From assembly GCF_030144855.1 (NCBI RefSeq), contig NC_082713.1:134602001-134666000 (forward strand): a stretch of DNA of 64,000 nucleotides. The letters are read 5' to 3'. This stretch comes from Hypanus sabinus (Eukaryota). The position numbers and the translations under genes were made by a program. Positions 12,917-24,520 of this stretch are shown piece after piece (position 1 is the stretch's first letter; every line of letters starts with the position of its first letter). The notes beneath the pieces were generated by a model, which did no database searches, was not told the origin of the DNA, and was given only the letters and a program-made list of their open reading frames with translations.

Positions 12917-14114
12917 GAGCAGTTGTGTTCATGGGTTGGTTCATTGTCTGTACCAAAATCTATTGGTAGAGGGGAAGAAGCTGTTCTTAAAATATTGAGT
13001 GTGTGTCTTCAGGCTCTGGTGCCTTCTCCTTGATAGTAGCAATCAGAAGAGGGCGTATCCTGGGTGATGGGGATCCTTAATAATAGATGCAGCCTTTTTG
13101 AGGCATTGCCTTTTGAAGATATCTTCAATGTTGAGAAGGCTAGTGTCCATGATGGAGATGGCTACATTTAAAACCCTCTTCAGATTTTTCTGATCCTGCA
13201 CAGTGACCCCTCCATACCAGATGGTGATGCAACCAGTTAAAATGCTCTGCAGAGTTTGTCTGTAGAAATTCACTAGGATCTTTGGTAACATTCCAAAACT
13301 CCTCGAACTATAGCCTCAGAAGGGCCTTCTTTGTCATTGCATCATTATCTGCCCCAGAATAGATCCTCAGACATGATGACACCCTGGGACTTGAAACTGC
13401 TCACCCTTTCCACACCTGATGCCTTGACGAGGACTGGTACGTTATCCCTCGACTTCCCCTTTCTGAAATCCACAATCAGTTCTTTGGCCTTACTGATGCA
13501 GAGTGCAAGGTTGTTGCTGTGATACCACTCACCCAGCTGATCTACCTTGCTCCTGTATGCTTCCTTGTCACCATCTGAGTTTCTATCAGCAATAGTTGTG
13601 TCATCAGCAAATTTATAGATGGATTTTGAGTTGTGCCTAGCCAGACAGTTGGGGTGTAGAGAGAGTAGAGCAATGGGCTGAACACACATCCTTGAGCTGT
13701 ACCGGTGTGATTTCAGCAATAAATCAATATACCAAAATAGCCCTTTAACTGTGTTTTTACTTTTCATTCAGTATAGTTTATTGTTCTTTACAAGCCTTTG
13801 AAAATTCAGGTTTATGTTCTCTCTGTCTTCAAATCTGCGAGGTCAGAAGTGGCATCATCCCAGCCAATATGAACTTACTAGATTTATTGTGAAAACAACC
13901 CTAGTTGGACACTACATGTAGTGAATTGAAATCCTCAGACTAAAGTTGCTTGTTCCTCCAAAAGTCTGCAAGGATCTCAATGCATCATTAGCCAGTACCA
14001 TTAGTGGAAGTACCTTCATGCTCCCTGCTTATGATAATGATTTCACGCTCCACCTAACCACTGGCTGGGTGCATCCACAATGGGTAATAGCACCAGCAAC
14101 CAGCTTTAATTCAT

Positions 14115-14995
14115 CCAAATTCAAGTTTATTGTCACAGGCATATACACCCAGGATTGAAATGACATGTAAATCAGCTTTTTGTCATCAAAGAATGCTACA
14201 AGTAGCTTGCTCTCCGTATCATACTGCTCAGGCTTGGCTATCTAGACAGCTAGGACGCAACATGCTCAACCCTGACTGACAGGCACATGCTTTGCTACAA
14301 ACATAAATTAATATAAATTTTACATAACATATGACAAAATAAACAAAGATAACCAAGCTTAGTGAAAGCTGAGAGAATGAGAAAAGAAATGTACTATGAG
14401 GGAGTAGTAGGCCTTTTCAGGTCAGTTCAAGAACAAAATGGCAGTGGGGAAGGAGTTGTTTTTAAACCTTGAGATGTGGGTCCTCAAGCAGCATTGAGAA
14501 GAGTGTATAGCCCAGATGGTGGATGTCATCCTCCTGTGACATTGTCTCTTATAGACGTCCTTTATGTTAGAGAGAGCTGTACCTGGGATGGAAATGACCG
14601 AGTCCAGTACCTTCTACAGCTTCTCGCTTTCTTGTACATTGGAGATTCCATACCAGGCAATGATGCAGCCAGTCCGAATGCTTTCCACAGTACATCTGTA
14701 GAAGTTTGTCAGAGTCTTTATTGATATATCGAAGTTCCTTAACCTTCTAAGGAAGTAGAAAGGCTTGCAAGCCTTCTTAACGGTTGCATCTACATGCTGG
14801 GACCAGATGGATCCTTCAAGATGTTGACAATCTGGAGCTTGAGGCTGCTCACCCTTTTCACCATGGACTGTTCAATGAGGACAGGTCTTTGTTCAGCTGA
14901 CATCCCCTTCCTAAAATTCATAACCAGTTCTTGGTTTTGCTGATTCTGAACGCAAAGGTGTTGTAGTTATGATGCCACTCAGTCAGCTGACCGGC
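14115..14995 (-). mobile_element. Rex1/Babar-like 3' fragment
   Basis: aattcaagtttattgtcac tail; ccataccaggcaatgatgcagccagtc and ctgtagaagtttgtcag motifs. Confidence 0.7.
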
Positions 14996-15906
14996 TTGTT
15001 TGTGTTGTTTCAAGACAATCTGCACGGTTAAGGTGCATTCTAGTTGGAGAAGGATTTGACAGTCATTCCAAAGTCTGAATTTGATCTGGGAAATCGCCAT
15101 GGTGTGGAAAAGAATGGATGCCAAGAGTTAAGAATACATCACAGACCTTGCAGGTGAGGCAGCGGAACTTGTTCTTTCTCCAGTGTGCGAAGACACCTTT
15201 CTGGTGATCAAAAGGCAGAGAGAGATGATGGCTGTGGAGAAAGATGCCATCAATTAATCCCCAAAGATCTGAATGCAGAGCCAAAGGAATGGCATGTTCT
15301 ATCAACGATTATATATTACTGAGCACTAATTACTCTAACAGCCTTCTAACCTTCCCTCAGTCAGAATTCATTATTCAACCTTCAAAGACTCAATATCACT
15401 GTAAGCCCTCATATATATCTCACAGTTGATGGCTTAAAGTTTCCTTCTGTCTCTGGACACAGATTTTCCCATTTCGTTAGCCCTCCAGTAGACAAAACCT
15501 GGATTCTGGCCAAACTGTGAAGGAGAAGCAAGAAGACATTGACATTCATAGCCATCAGTGCAGGTGTGAAATGTTGGTCTGTATAGCATAGAATGTGCCT
15601 GATACATACCAGCTGTATACTTAGAGAGAGAGACTAATTTCAGATTCAGGACAGTACAGTGTTGAAGAGCAAGGTTTTGACCATGCAATCATTGCTGAAG
15701 CCTGCAATCCCAGCAAAGCTGTGGAGCTGTTGTTTCCTACTGTTCTCTGGCAAATGTCCACAGTAACACCACAATGGGCAGTAAACTAATTGCAGATATC
15801 CCCAGCTCCATCCAATGTACCAGACACAAAGTTCAAAGCCCTAGCCACCTTACTAATCATAGTTGATGCAAATCCTGCACTATTCTCAGGAGCTAGTAGT
15901 GGCACC

Positions 15907-17178
15907 TTTCTTTTCCAATATTTTTATTAATTTACATATAAGAATACAGAGTTCAAGAAAAAAATACATCAATACAATATACTAAATCGCATATAGAGTC
16001 CTTACCCTATATTCATACAGATTAACTAATTCATAACATTGAAATATAGTAATGTTATTATATAAAAAAGAAATCTAACGCACTACCAAGACCGAAGCTG
16101 ATTAGTAAAGAAAAAAAGGGAAAAAAATTAGTCATTATCTGTGCTTTAACAGCAAATCAAAGGTTTTGAAAATAATTCAGAAAAGGTCCCCATAATGTTT
16201 GAAAGTCTTGACCAGATTCAGAGATTGAACATCGAATCTTCTCTAAATTTAAACATGACATCACATCACGTAATGAGGGGCCGCATCTTTCCATTTAAGC
16301 AAGAGCCTCCTTCCGGCCATGAGAGAAATAAAAGCCAAAATGTGCAAGTCAGATGACTCCAAAATAATATCCTTTCCTCCAACGATACCAAATAAAGTGG
16401 TCAAAGGATTAGGCTTAAAGTTTACTTTGAAAAGTATTGAGAAAGTTTGAAATACTTCTTTCCAATATTTTCTAAGACTAAGACATGTCCAAAACATATG
16501 AATGAGTGAACCTTCTCCATTATTACATTTATCACTATACGGAGATATATCTAAATAAAAATCAGACAGCTTATCCTTGGGCCCTATGAACCACTTTAAA
16601 TTGTAGGAGAGAGTGGCGGGCACATAATGATGAATTGTTAACCAATTTAAAAATTTGATTCCAAATTCCAAGTTTCCTCAGATATTGAAGTCTGTATATC
16701 TTGTTCCCAAGGATTTTTAATTTTATCTAAAGGAACATTTCTCATTCCCAACATCATATTATAAATATTAGATATAGATCCATTATAAAAAGGTTTCAAA
16801 TTAAAAATTACATCTAGTAGATTCTTATCAGGACTTTTAGGAAATATACTTGAGACCATAAAAAATCTCTTATTTGTAGGTGTTGAAAAAAATGAGCTTT
16901 GGGTAAACTATATTTAGTTGACAGTTGTTCAAATGAAGAGACTTCCCTCTACAAACAAGTCCTGAAAGCATTTAATACCTAATCTATCCCATTCTTTAAA
17001 AGCCACATCAATCATAGAGGGTTTAAAAAAATAATTAGTAAAAATGTGATTCGAAAGAGAAAATCTCAATAAGCCAAGGTATTTTTGGAATTGTATCCAA
17101 ATTCTCATAGTGTGTTTAACCACCAGATTATCAGTTAACTTATTCAGGAACAAAGGAAGTGAGGATGCAAGAAGAGCA
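15907..17178 (-). mobile_element. L1-clade LINE 3' fragment
   Basis: ORFs 16929-17183, 16647-16859 and 16261-16671 (DKCNNGEGSLIHMFWTC zinc knuckle); AATAAA plus A-rich tail; possible TSD ggcaccttt / ggcaacttt (15901 and 17179). Confidence 0.85.
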
Positions 17179-19604
17179 GGCAACTTTGAATGAGGATTTC
17201 ATTACTGCAAAACAGATACTGTTTCCTGGTCCTTCAGTTTGTGGGAATTCATAGTTCAAAAAGTTCTCATCTAAGAGCTTTGTTAAATATGTTGAGATTC
17301 TGCCTCTATCTATCTCTTTCTTTCAGACCCTACCATCTCTGAGGTGAAAATAGATTTTCTTAACTTCCCTTTTACCAATTGTACTATATCCACGTTTCTT
17401 CTTGCTCTTCTTGCTTAAGAAGATAAGACACTCTCATCCATTTAGCCCTCTCATAATTTGATACACTTCAACCAAATTTCTCCAAAGAAAACAATCGCAG
17501 CTTTTATGATTTTTCTTCAGAGCCAACAGGAATTCTACCAACACCTTCTCAGGGGAAGTTCAGAATGGACAATAAACATGGCCCACCACGGTGATGCCCA
17601 TGTTCAAGAGAAGAACAGAAATCTCCACTTTTGCCAATGTCCTTGAAAATGTCTTCCTCTGACACAATAGCATTTTGGTGACTAGTACTGCTTTTAGTAA
17701 CGTATCTATGGCAGACAATGGAGATGTGCAATTGTAATGGCCACCCTGCTCAATCCATTCTGTGTGTATGCATATAAAAGTATCTTCTTTTCTTTATTTT
17801 TTCCACAGGAACCTGTGGACATGAATACCTATGTAATGGGATTTCTATACATATGAAAGATCACTTAAGCCCAGCATAACAGTAGCAAGGATCTAGACGT
17901 TCACCAACCTGCTCTGGAGACTGACAGGTGTATGTTAGGCTATGAATGCTCCTAGCCTGAGGACTTCACCTTTTCCCATCTCTTACTCGTGAGTGAAACA
18001 AGGTAAGCACATATACATTAAAGCAGCATCCAACAAGTTCACAGGTATTCATTGTTAATCACTGAAACTTGGTACTCCACGCATTATTGATGTGTCCCAG
18101 TTCTAACCTACTTTAGGATAGAGATTGCATCAAGCAACCCACTCAGGAAGTAGCACCCTGACCCTTCCCTTCCTTTGTTAAATGCCATTTTCAGCTGACA
18201 AACCATATGTCTCGTAATATAACACGCTTCGAGGCCACTAAACAGGAAACTCAGCTGCATTGGCCACTAACCAGTACCTTGTGCTGAGGTCAGAATCTGC
18301 TTGTTGGAATTCAACCAACCACTTCATTCTTTTTAACCATTTGCAGACTGTGCAGTGTTAGCCAGCAGCTTTGAGGTCTCCGGGATAAGTCAGACTGAAT
18401 TAGTGCTGCAGCCCATCCCATCTGCGTGTTGAGGCTGAGTGCACACTGATCAAACTCAATAGCAGAAGGAGTTGCACTGGTATAACACAGTTGCACTTGT
18501 CACTAAGTCAGATCACAACATATCCAAACAGTAAATAACTAAAATCCTTGGGACCTCATGTCCTTACAGTGTAATGTCTTATCCTGTTTTCCGTCTCCAG
18601 GGGCCTACTCTGCAATGACTCCCATTGAGCACCTGACCAGCTCAATGGAAGTTCGGTGAATTCTCACCTTTTCCCTCACTGTCATTCTAGATGTATGAAA
18701 GATATGTCTCATGGTTGACACTTGTATCATCTGCAAATTTCATAATCGTGCTCCCTACTTTCAAATCTGAATCAGTGAAATATCATCAAAAACAAGGGTC
18801 CTCCCAATCACTGACCCACTGAATCTTCCTCGCAAGTGGATGAAAAGTGTTAAGTGTATCTGTACATCTGTTGATTTCTCTCCCAAGTGTAGTACTTCAG
18901 AATAGAAAACATTATGTGCTGGAATTGTAATCATGATATCGGGTATGGACTTGTTGCAACAGAAATCCCACTGCAGATGTGTGGGGATGCATCGCAACTG
19001 AAACAGACTTCCTGCTAGACCAAGCATATTAATCTGTTTCAAAGCATGTAATCATAACACAGGCCCATATTTCCAAAGCTTTTAAGAATAATCTTGAGAT
19101 GCAATTGCCTTGAAATGAATAGCACTTTTCCTTACCATTAAAGGCAACATGCATGGATAATTGTTTATACCATGTGAAATAAATTCTGGTATATTCATTA
19201 CTGAATAGCTGTTCCATTTAATCATGGTTAGTGAGGTATGAATGACAGTATAAATAGCTAATTGCCTGAGTCTTATCAAATAAATTTATTTTTAATCACT
19301 ATTGCTTGGCAATGAATCCCGAGAGTGACTGATCCTCCTGTTGTGCCCACCACTTTATGCTTCTTTATGTATAATGTAAATTTAAATATGAAAAACCACT
19401 ATTTCCATAAAACACCTTTATTCAAAATTCAGTGACCATATGCTCATTGCAGGAAGCTGCAACCAAGAGCAGTGCGGTTTTAAGAACTCTCACAGCAGCC
19501 TAACTGTGACCCATCTCCTCACTGACTGCATTTCCTTCGTGGTGAAAGGAGGTGATAGATCACTGACTCCATTTTCTCAGACTTGGAGAAACCATGAGCA
19601 TGCG

Positions 19605-19760
19605 GATGAGACATAAGAGCCTGCCGATGCCGGGATTTGGAGCAAAGAAAGAGGATGCTGGAGGAATTCACCAGGAAAGCTTTGAAACGTCGACTCTCCC
19701 GTTGCCTCCACATACTGCATCACCCACTGGGTTCCTCCAGCAGCTTATTTTTTTTTTGCT
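19605..19760. mobile_element. Penelope pseudo-LTR-derived short element with inverted arms
   Basis: gatgctggaggaattcaccagg ... ctgggttcctccagcagc inverted pair; gaaacgtcgac motif similar to 36001-36011. Confidence 0.55.
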
Positions 19761-21860
19761 TTTAACATAAGGTTCATTTCTTGATATGGAGTTAGCGGCT
19801 CCAATTGCTGAAAACATGCATTGTGAAATTTGGAATTCACATCAGTGATTTTAGTTGCCATTTCCTACCCCACCTTCTCCAAGCATCCCAAGATCTCTTC
19901 AGGCCACTCTGTAGGTACATCATTTTCTCCATCCCTACCCCCATCCTATTTCAAAGGGAATAAGAATCAGGATCCAATACGTCCATATTTTAGAAAGTGG
20001 CTATGACAATATAACCACTAAATATAGGTAAAGTAATGCCCAGGGGTTCATTTGTTGGCAAGGATGATTAAATTTACTTAAAGCAAAGGTCTCATAATTT
20101 CATAAGATTAAACACTGGTTTAATTGTAGGAAAGGTACCTAAACTGCAATACCCTCCCTTTCAAACTACTAGTGTTACCACCTTCCAGTTTGTACTCCTT
20201 TCCCTGTATCCTAACTTCTTATTCTAGCTTCTTCCCTCTCAGGACTCAGCCAATTATGGACCCAGCAGAGAGAGATTAATTTCAATTGGCATTGGTCTGC
20301 CATGGACAGTCGGTTGGATGGTATGAGCAGGTTCTCCAGGAGATTCTTGCAAAAGGACTCTGGTTTTGAGCATTTGACTGAGTGTGCTGCTATGTGTTCC
20401 TAGAACTACTGGCCAGCCCTGGAACAGTACAATGGGGACCCTGAGTTTTGCCACGGGTTCTTAAATCAATGTTCTCTAGTTTTGAATTTCAACCTGCAAA
20501 GTTCCCCTTGTAGAGGAGTAAGGTGGCCTATGTAATTTCCTTCCTCTTGGGCAGGGTCCTTTCATGGACAATGGCTTTATGGACAAAGGGCACGCTCATG
20601 TGTTCTGATATAAATTAATTTCTAAGAATGTTGAGGAGGGTATTCTTTCATCCTGCCAGGGGCTCAAAGGCACCCAGCAAATTCCCTGAGCTGCGTCAAA
20701 GAGCATGACCCATGGCCAACTATTCCATTGACTTCTGTACCCTATCAGTAGAGAGTGGATGGAGCAATGCGGCTTTGGTAGCTCTGTTTAGATAGGGATT
20801 AACTGACCAATCCCTGTCATTCGTTCTTTATACCAGGGACCAGGTGGAGTATTTGGAGAAATTTACGGACACAGCCATAAGAATCGACAACTTTATTTCA
20901 GAAAGAATGAGGGAGAGATATGCCTTGTTCACCAGGAGGGTTGGTTCTCAGAACTACCCAGTACCTACTCCAATTCTTCAATCCAATAACCAATGAATAT
21001 TCCTGCAGTCATCTCTGGAAGAACCCATTCAACTTGGAAGTACCCAGGTCTCCCCAGTGGAGTTAGATGGATGTATGAGGCAGAGGTGTTGTTTATAGTA
21101 AAGTAAGGCCGGTCATTTCCAAGTCACCTGCCCCAATTTGTCAGGGAAACTCCCAGGACCATCCAGTGACGTCTCAAGGCTCTCTCCCATTACTTTGAGT
21201 CCCAGTGTGGTTTTACCATACTGAATATCTTGGGGGAGACATCAACATTCTTTAAGAGCCTTGGTAGACTCTGGTCCAGCAGGGAATCTTTTGGACATTG
21301 AATTAGTTGAATGAATCCAAATTCCCAAGGTATGCCCTGACCAGCCAATTTCTGCTATGGCCTTGGATGGTAGATCCTTTAAATCTGGACATATCTTTTA
21401 TCTTGTCGTTGCTCTCAAGTTGATAATTTGAAGGCACAAGGAGATAATTCACTCTCCAGACATTCCCCTAATCCTTGGTTATCTGTGGTTAAATCTTCAT
21501 AATCCTTGGATTTATTGGTCTGCTGGCACCATTCAGGGTTGTTTGACCCTATGCCAGGGTAAGTGCTTTCCGAGAGGTTCTCAGATGCCTGCCTGAGTTT
21601 ACACGTGATCTGCTGTGAACCACATCGAGTTATCAGTCAACTTGCTTCCTGACTCGTCAAGGCCAAATTTGAATTCAAGGGGGTGACTGGAGTGCCTCCA
21701 GAATATTCAGATTTGTTGGAAGTGTTCAGCAAGAGGAGAACCACTATGCTTCCCCCATAGAGGGACTACAATTGCACCATTAATTTACTACCTGGTATGT
21801 GTTCTCTCCAGATAAGGCTTTAAGTCTTATCTGCTCCCGAGATGTAAGCTATGGAGGAAC

Positions 21861-23890
21861 ATTCTGATAGTTGTGGAGTTTCTAATGTGGTTGGTGGCAG
21901 GGACCTTTAAGTTTACTGTCTTCCCCTGTGTGTTAGTCAGGTAACTGCAGGATGATCTCAAATGGTAACTTTCCATGGAAGGCACATAGAAGATTGAATA
22001 TTTGTTGTATAGGAACCTTGGTGCAAATGCAGTATAAGAGGCATTGGTTGAAGAAAGCAGGATTGAAAAGACATGGACATGATTTTGGAAGCTATGATGT
22101 TGTTTTGCCATCCAACATCTGTAAAGCATTGTCTTGTAAGATGGAGTCTAGAAGCAGCAAAAGGACCTCTCAGTGCATAGCAATGATAGAGTTGCCTACA
22201 AAGTTCATTCTGTTGAGTGATGCACAATTCCAAAAGGATGTGAATGGATTTGATGGGCTATCAAGTGCATTGGCCACTGTGGTCCAGTATGTGTCATTGG
22301 AAATCATAGATGGCTCCACTCAAAACTTGGCAAATGATGATTACATTATGGAATGGAGCTGATGACTGCTATGACCAATATGATTGTTTGTTCTTTGTGG
22401 CTATTAGCCAATATCATAGATAAGTGGATTATTAGCTTACTAAAAGGTTTGGCTGCTGTGAAAAAATTCAGCATTTTGATTGAAATCACGCTTTCAAACA
22501 TCAAACAAATGTTTTTAAGGCTCTTTTTCCTAGTTGTAAGAACAGGGGCACTAACTGTGTTGAACTATATGTTTTTAAGTTTCCAAACTTTCATTGGAAG
22601 CATTCCATGTGGTTGTTCCTCACATTCCCAAATTAATGATGTCACTTTCTTGAAGAAGAGAATAATCTGTTGATATCAATTGTCCAAATTGATACACTGC
22701 ATGATCTTTCAGTTTTCAGGATTCTCTGACCTATATGAACCTGACATACAAACACGGTAAGATTTTCCAATTCAAAATGAGGAAATTATAAAACAGCTGC
22801 TCAAACAAAATGCTTGATGTCAGAAAAAAATGTATAGGAACCTTTGTACTCAAGACTGTCTGCAAGATCGGATACAGAGAAGACAGGACTGGCAGATCTT
22901 GACAATGCCTACTACATGAACAGTGTCATTCAGCTCCTTTTCATGGTTTCTGGCTTCAGACATATTCAAGAAGAGAGATTCACAGTCAATAATGATGAAA
23001 CTTCAATGGTTAATTGGCTTCCTGGAGCATAGCCAGAGACTTGCCATCTCTCCCAGCAGCTTCTTGAAAGCTTCATCTCCTTTGTGGTTTAATCAAGGGG
23101 CACAACAGGACCAATCAGACTATTTAAGATATCTGTTGGATAGGCTACACGAAGAAGGGAAGATTGGTAAAGATTAGTTATGGACAAAGACATTCAGGCT
23201 GTGAACCCTGCATACAAAGCTGAGAAACATTAATAGAATAAATGGTGGGAAGAAGGGAACTAGGATCCTTTATCATTATTGTAATAATATTTCCTTCCGC
23301 GAGGAAGCTTTTCCAGATCTATCCACCACCGAACAAGATTCTACAAAGTTCTGATCATTCATGTGTCCCTAATATTTCAATGAAGATTACTAGTGCAGAT
23401 AATTTGGCAACGCAAGCTGAACAACAACACATGACTGCCAAGTCTCCAAGTAAGCAGACACTCAGTGTGGGTGGTACATGTTGAAATAATCAGTTCCCAT
23501 GAAAAAGGAATAGAAGAGACTTCAGCCTCTAGAATTAGTTGCTTGCCACAGAATGATTTTGCAGTGGCTTCCAGGGAAGAAATGTGTGACTCAGCAAGTT
23601 GTAGATCAGTTTCTGATCTCATTAACTACTTCTTTCACCAGAAATGCTGTTGAGTGATAACATACTTTGTATTGCAATAAATGTATCTCATTACCAGAAG
23701 CAGTAAATGTGGTAGAATTAACTGGAAATACACCTTACCTTGACTTTATTATAATTCTCCCTTGATCTAGCAACTATGAAGTACAGAAAGATTCTGGATA
23801 ATGCACCTGTTCCTTTAGTTCTTAAGCAACCCATCAGGATTAATTCAAAGGATGAACACAAAATTTGTGGCAAAAGTCAATGATGCAAAC
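21861..23890 (+). pseudogene. USP35: Processed (intronless) USP35 deubiquitinase retrocopy, decayed and 3'-truncated
   Basis: ATG 22073 MDMILEAMMLFCHPTSVKHCLVRWSLEAAKGPL; SSALATVVQYVSLEIIDG; IDKWIISLLKGLAAVKKFSILIE; QLSKLIHCMIFQFSGFSDLYEP; SDTEKTGLADLDNAYYMNS; KLQWLIGFLEHSQRLAISP; QQDQSDYLRYLLDRLHEE; RSVSDLINYF; RKILDNAPVPLVLKQPI. These match recalled USP35 better than USP38 (AVKKFSILIE versus AVQKFTILID). Many frameshifts and stops; catalytic Cys codon is TAC at 22910-22912; no His box and no poly(A). Confidence 0.88.
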
Positions 23891-24021
23891 TAGGAGAAAA
23901 AATGCTGGGTTCCCTCTCAGGATATTCCCGACCCTCAATTAACCATGGACTTTTATAACAGATCGCCCTGGGCCATAAGGTGCTGCCCATATGGGGTTGG
24001 TGGGGGGGGGGGGGGGAATTC

Positions 24022-24462
24022 TGTCATGAACCCTTCAAACCAGCATGGGGCGCTGGGTAGTGGCAGATCTCAATACACCTGAACATAATTTATTTGAGTT
24101 TATTACAGTTGTTGAATGACTACTGTTATCATTATGCTGTCATTGGGCTTTTTGCGATGCTTGTTACGTGAGTACAGTTTACTTATGCTTCTTGTTCATA
24201 AGTGATTTGCTCTTGATGTTGACATGCATGAGTTTCTTTTGTTTTGTCTTCTATTTATGATTTCTCTGGACCAGCGCTCAATGCTGAGCCCTGGATTTGA
24301 GTTTGTGTAAACTAGAATTCTGTGAACTCAAGTCCCAAGTAAGTGAGCTCTTAGCTTGAATATTCCCTGTATTATTCTCTGAATAAATCTTCATCGTTAA
24401 TTTCTATTGGCAAGACCTGAGTTTACTCTGCACCTGAGTCTGCCTGAATGAAGATCGTAACA
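24022..24462 (+). repeat. 3' LTR of the USP35-carrying element
   Basis: Follows the poly-G PPT; termini TGTCATGA...TCGTAACA; AATAAA at 24382-24387. Confidence 0.8.
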
Positions 24463-24520
24463 AGATCAGCCTTTGCAGACATCTGAAGATACCAACAGTA
24501 ACCGTTAGAACATCATACTT

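Larger units (their letters stand above)
7017..13710 (-). mobile_element. Rex1/Babar-like element (7017-7176 plus 12917-13710), split by a Gypsy insertion
   Basis: Tail at 7017; resumes gtgttcatgggttgg after the Gypsy 3' LTR; ORFs 13043-13291 and 13345-13767 (YKFADDTTI, KAKELIVDFRK). Confidence 0.8.
20243..24462 (+). mobile_element. Sushi/chromovirus-type Ty3/Gypsy element, 5' LTR absent, pol replaced by USP35 cDNA
   Basis: gag ATG at 20256 (MDPAE); EQYNGDPEFCHGFLNQCSLV at about 20422; decayed CCHC at about 21085-21132; GGGAAAC at 21144-21150; protease LVDSG at 21261-21275; EYSDLLEVFSKRRTTMLPP*RDYNCTINLLPG...AMEE up to about 21860; chromodomain end WVPSQDIPDPQLTMDF from 23906; G-run PPT 24002-24016; LTR. 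Confidence 0.9.

Noticed and set aside
21861-23890. Functional USP35 or USP38 gene
   Set aside because: Intronless, multiple frameshifts and stops, catalytic Cys lost, no His box, embedded in a retroelement. Diagnostic residues favour USP35 over USP38.
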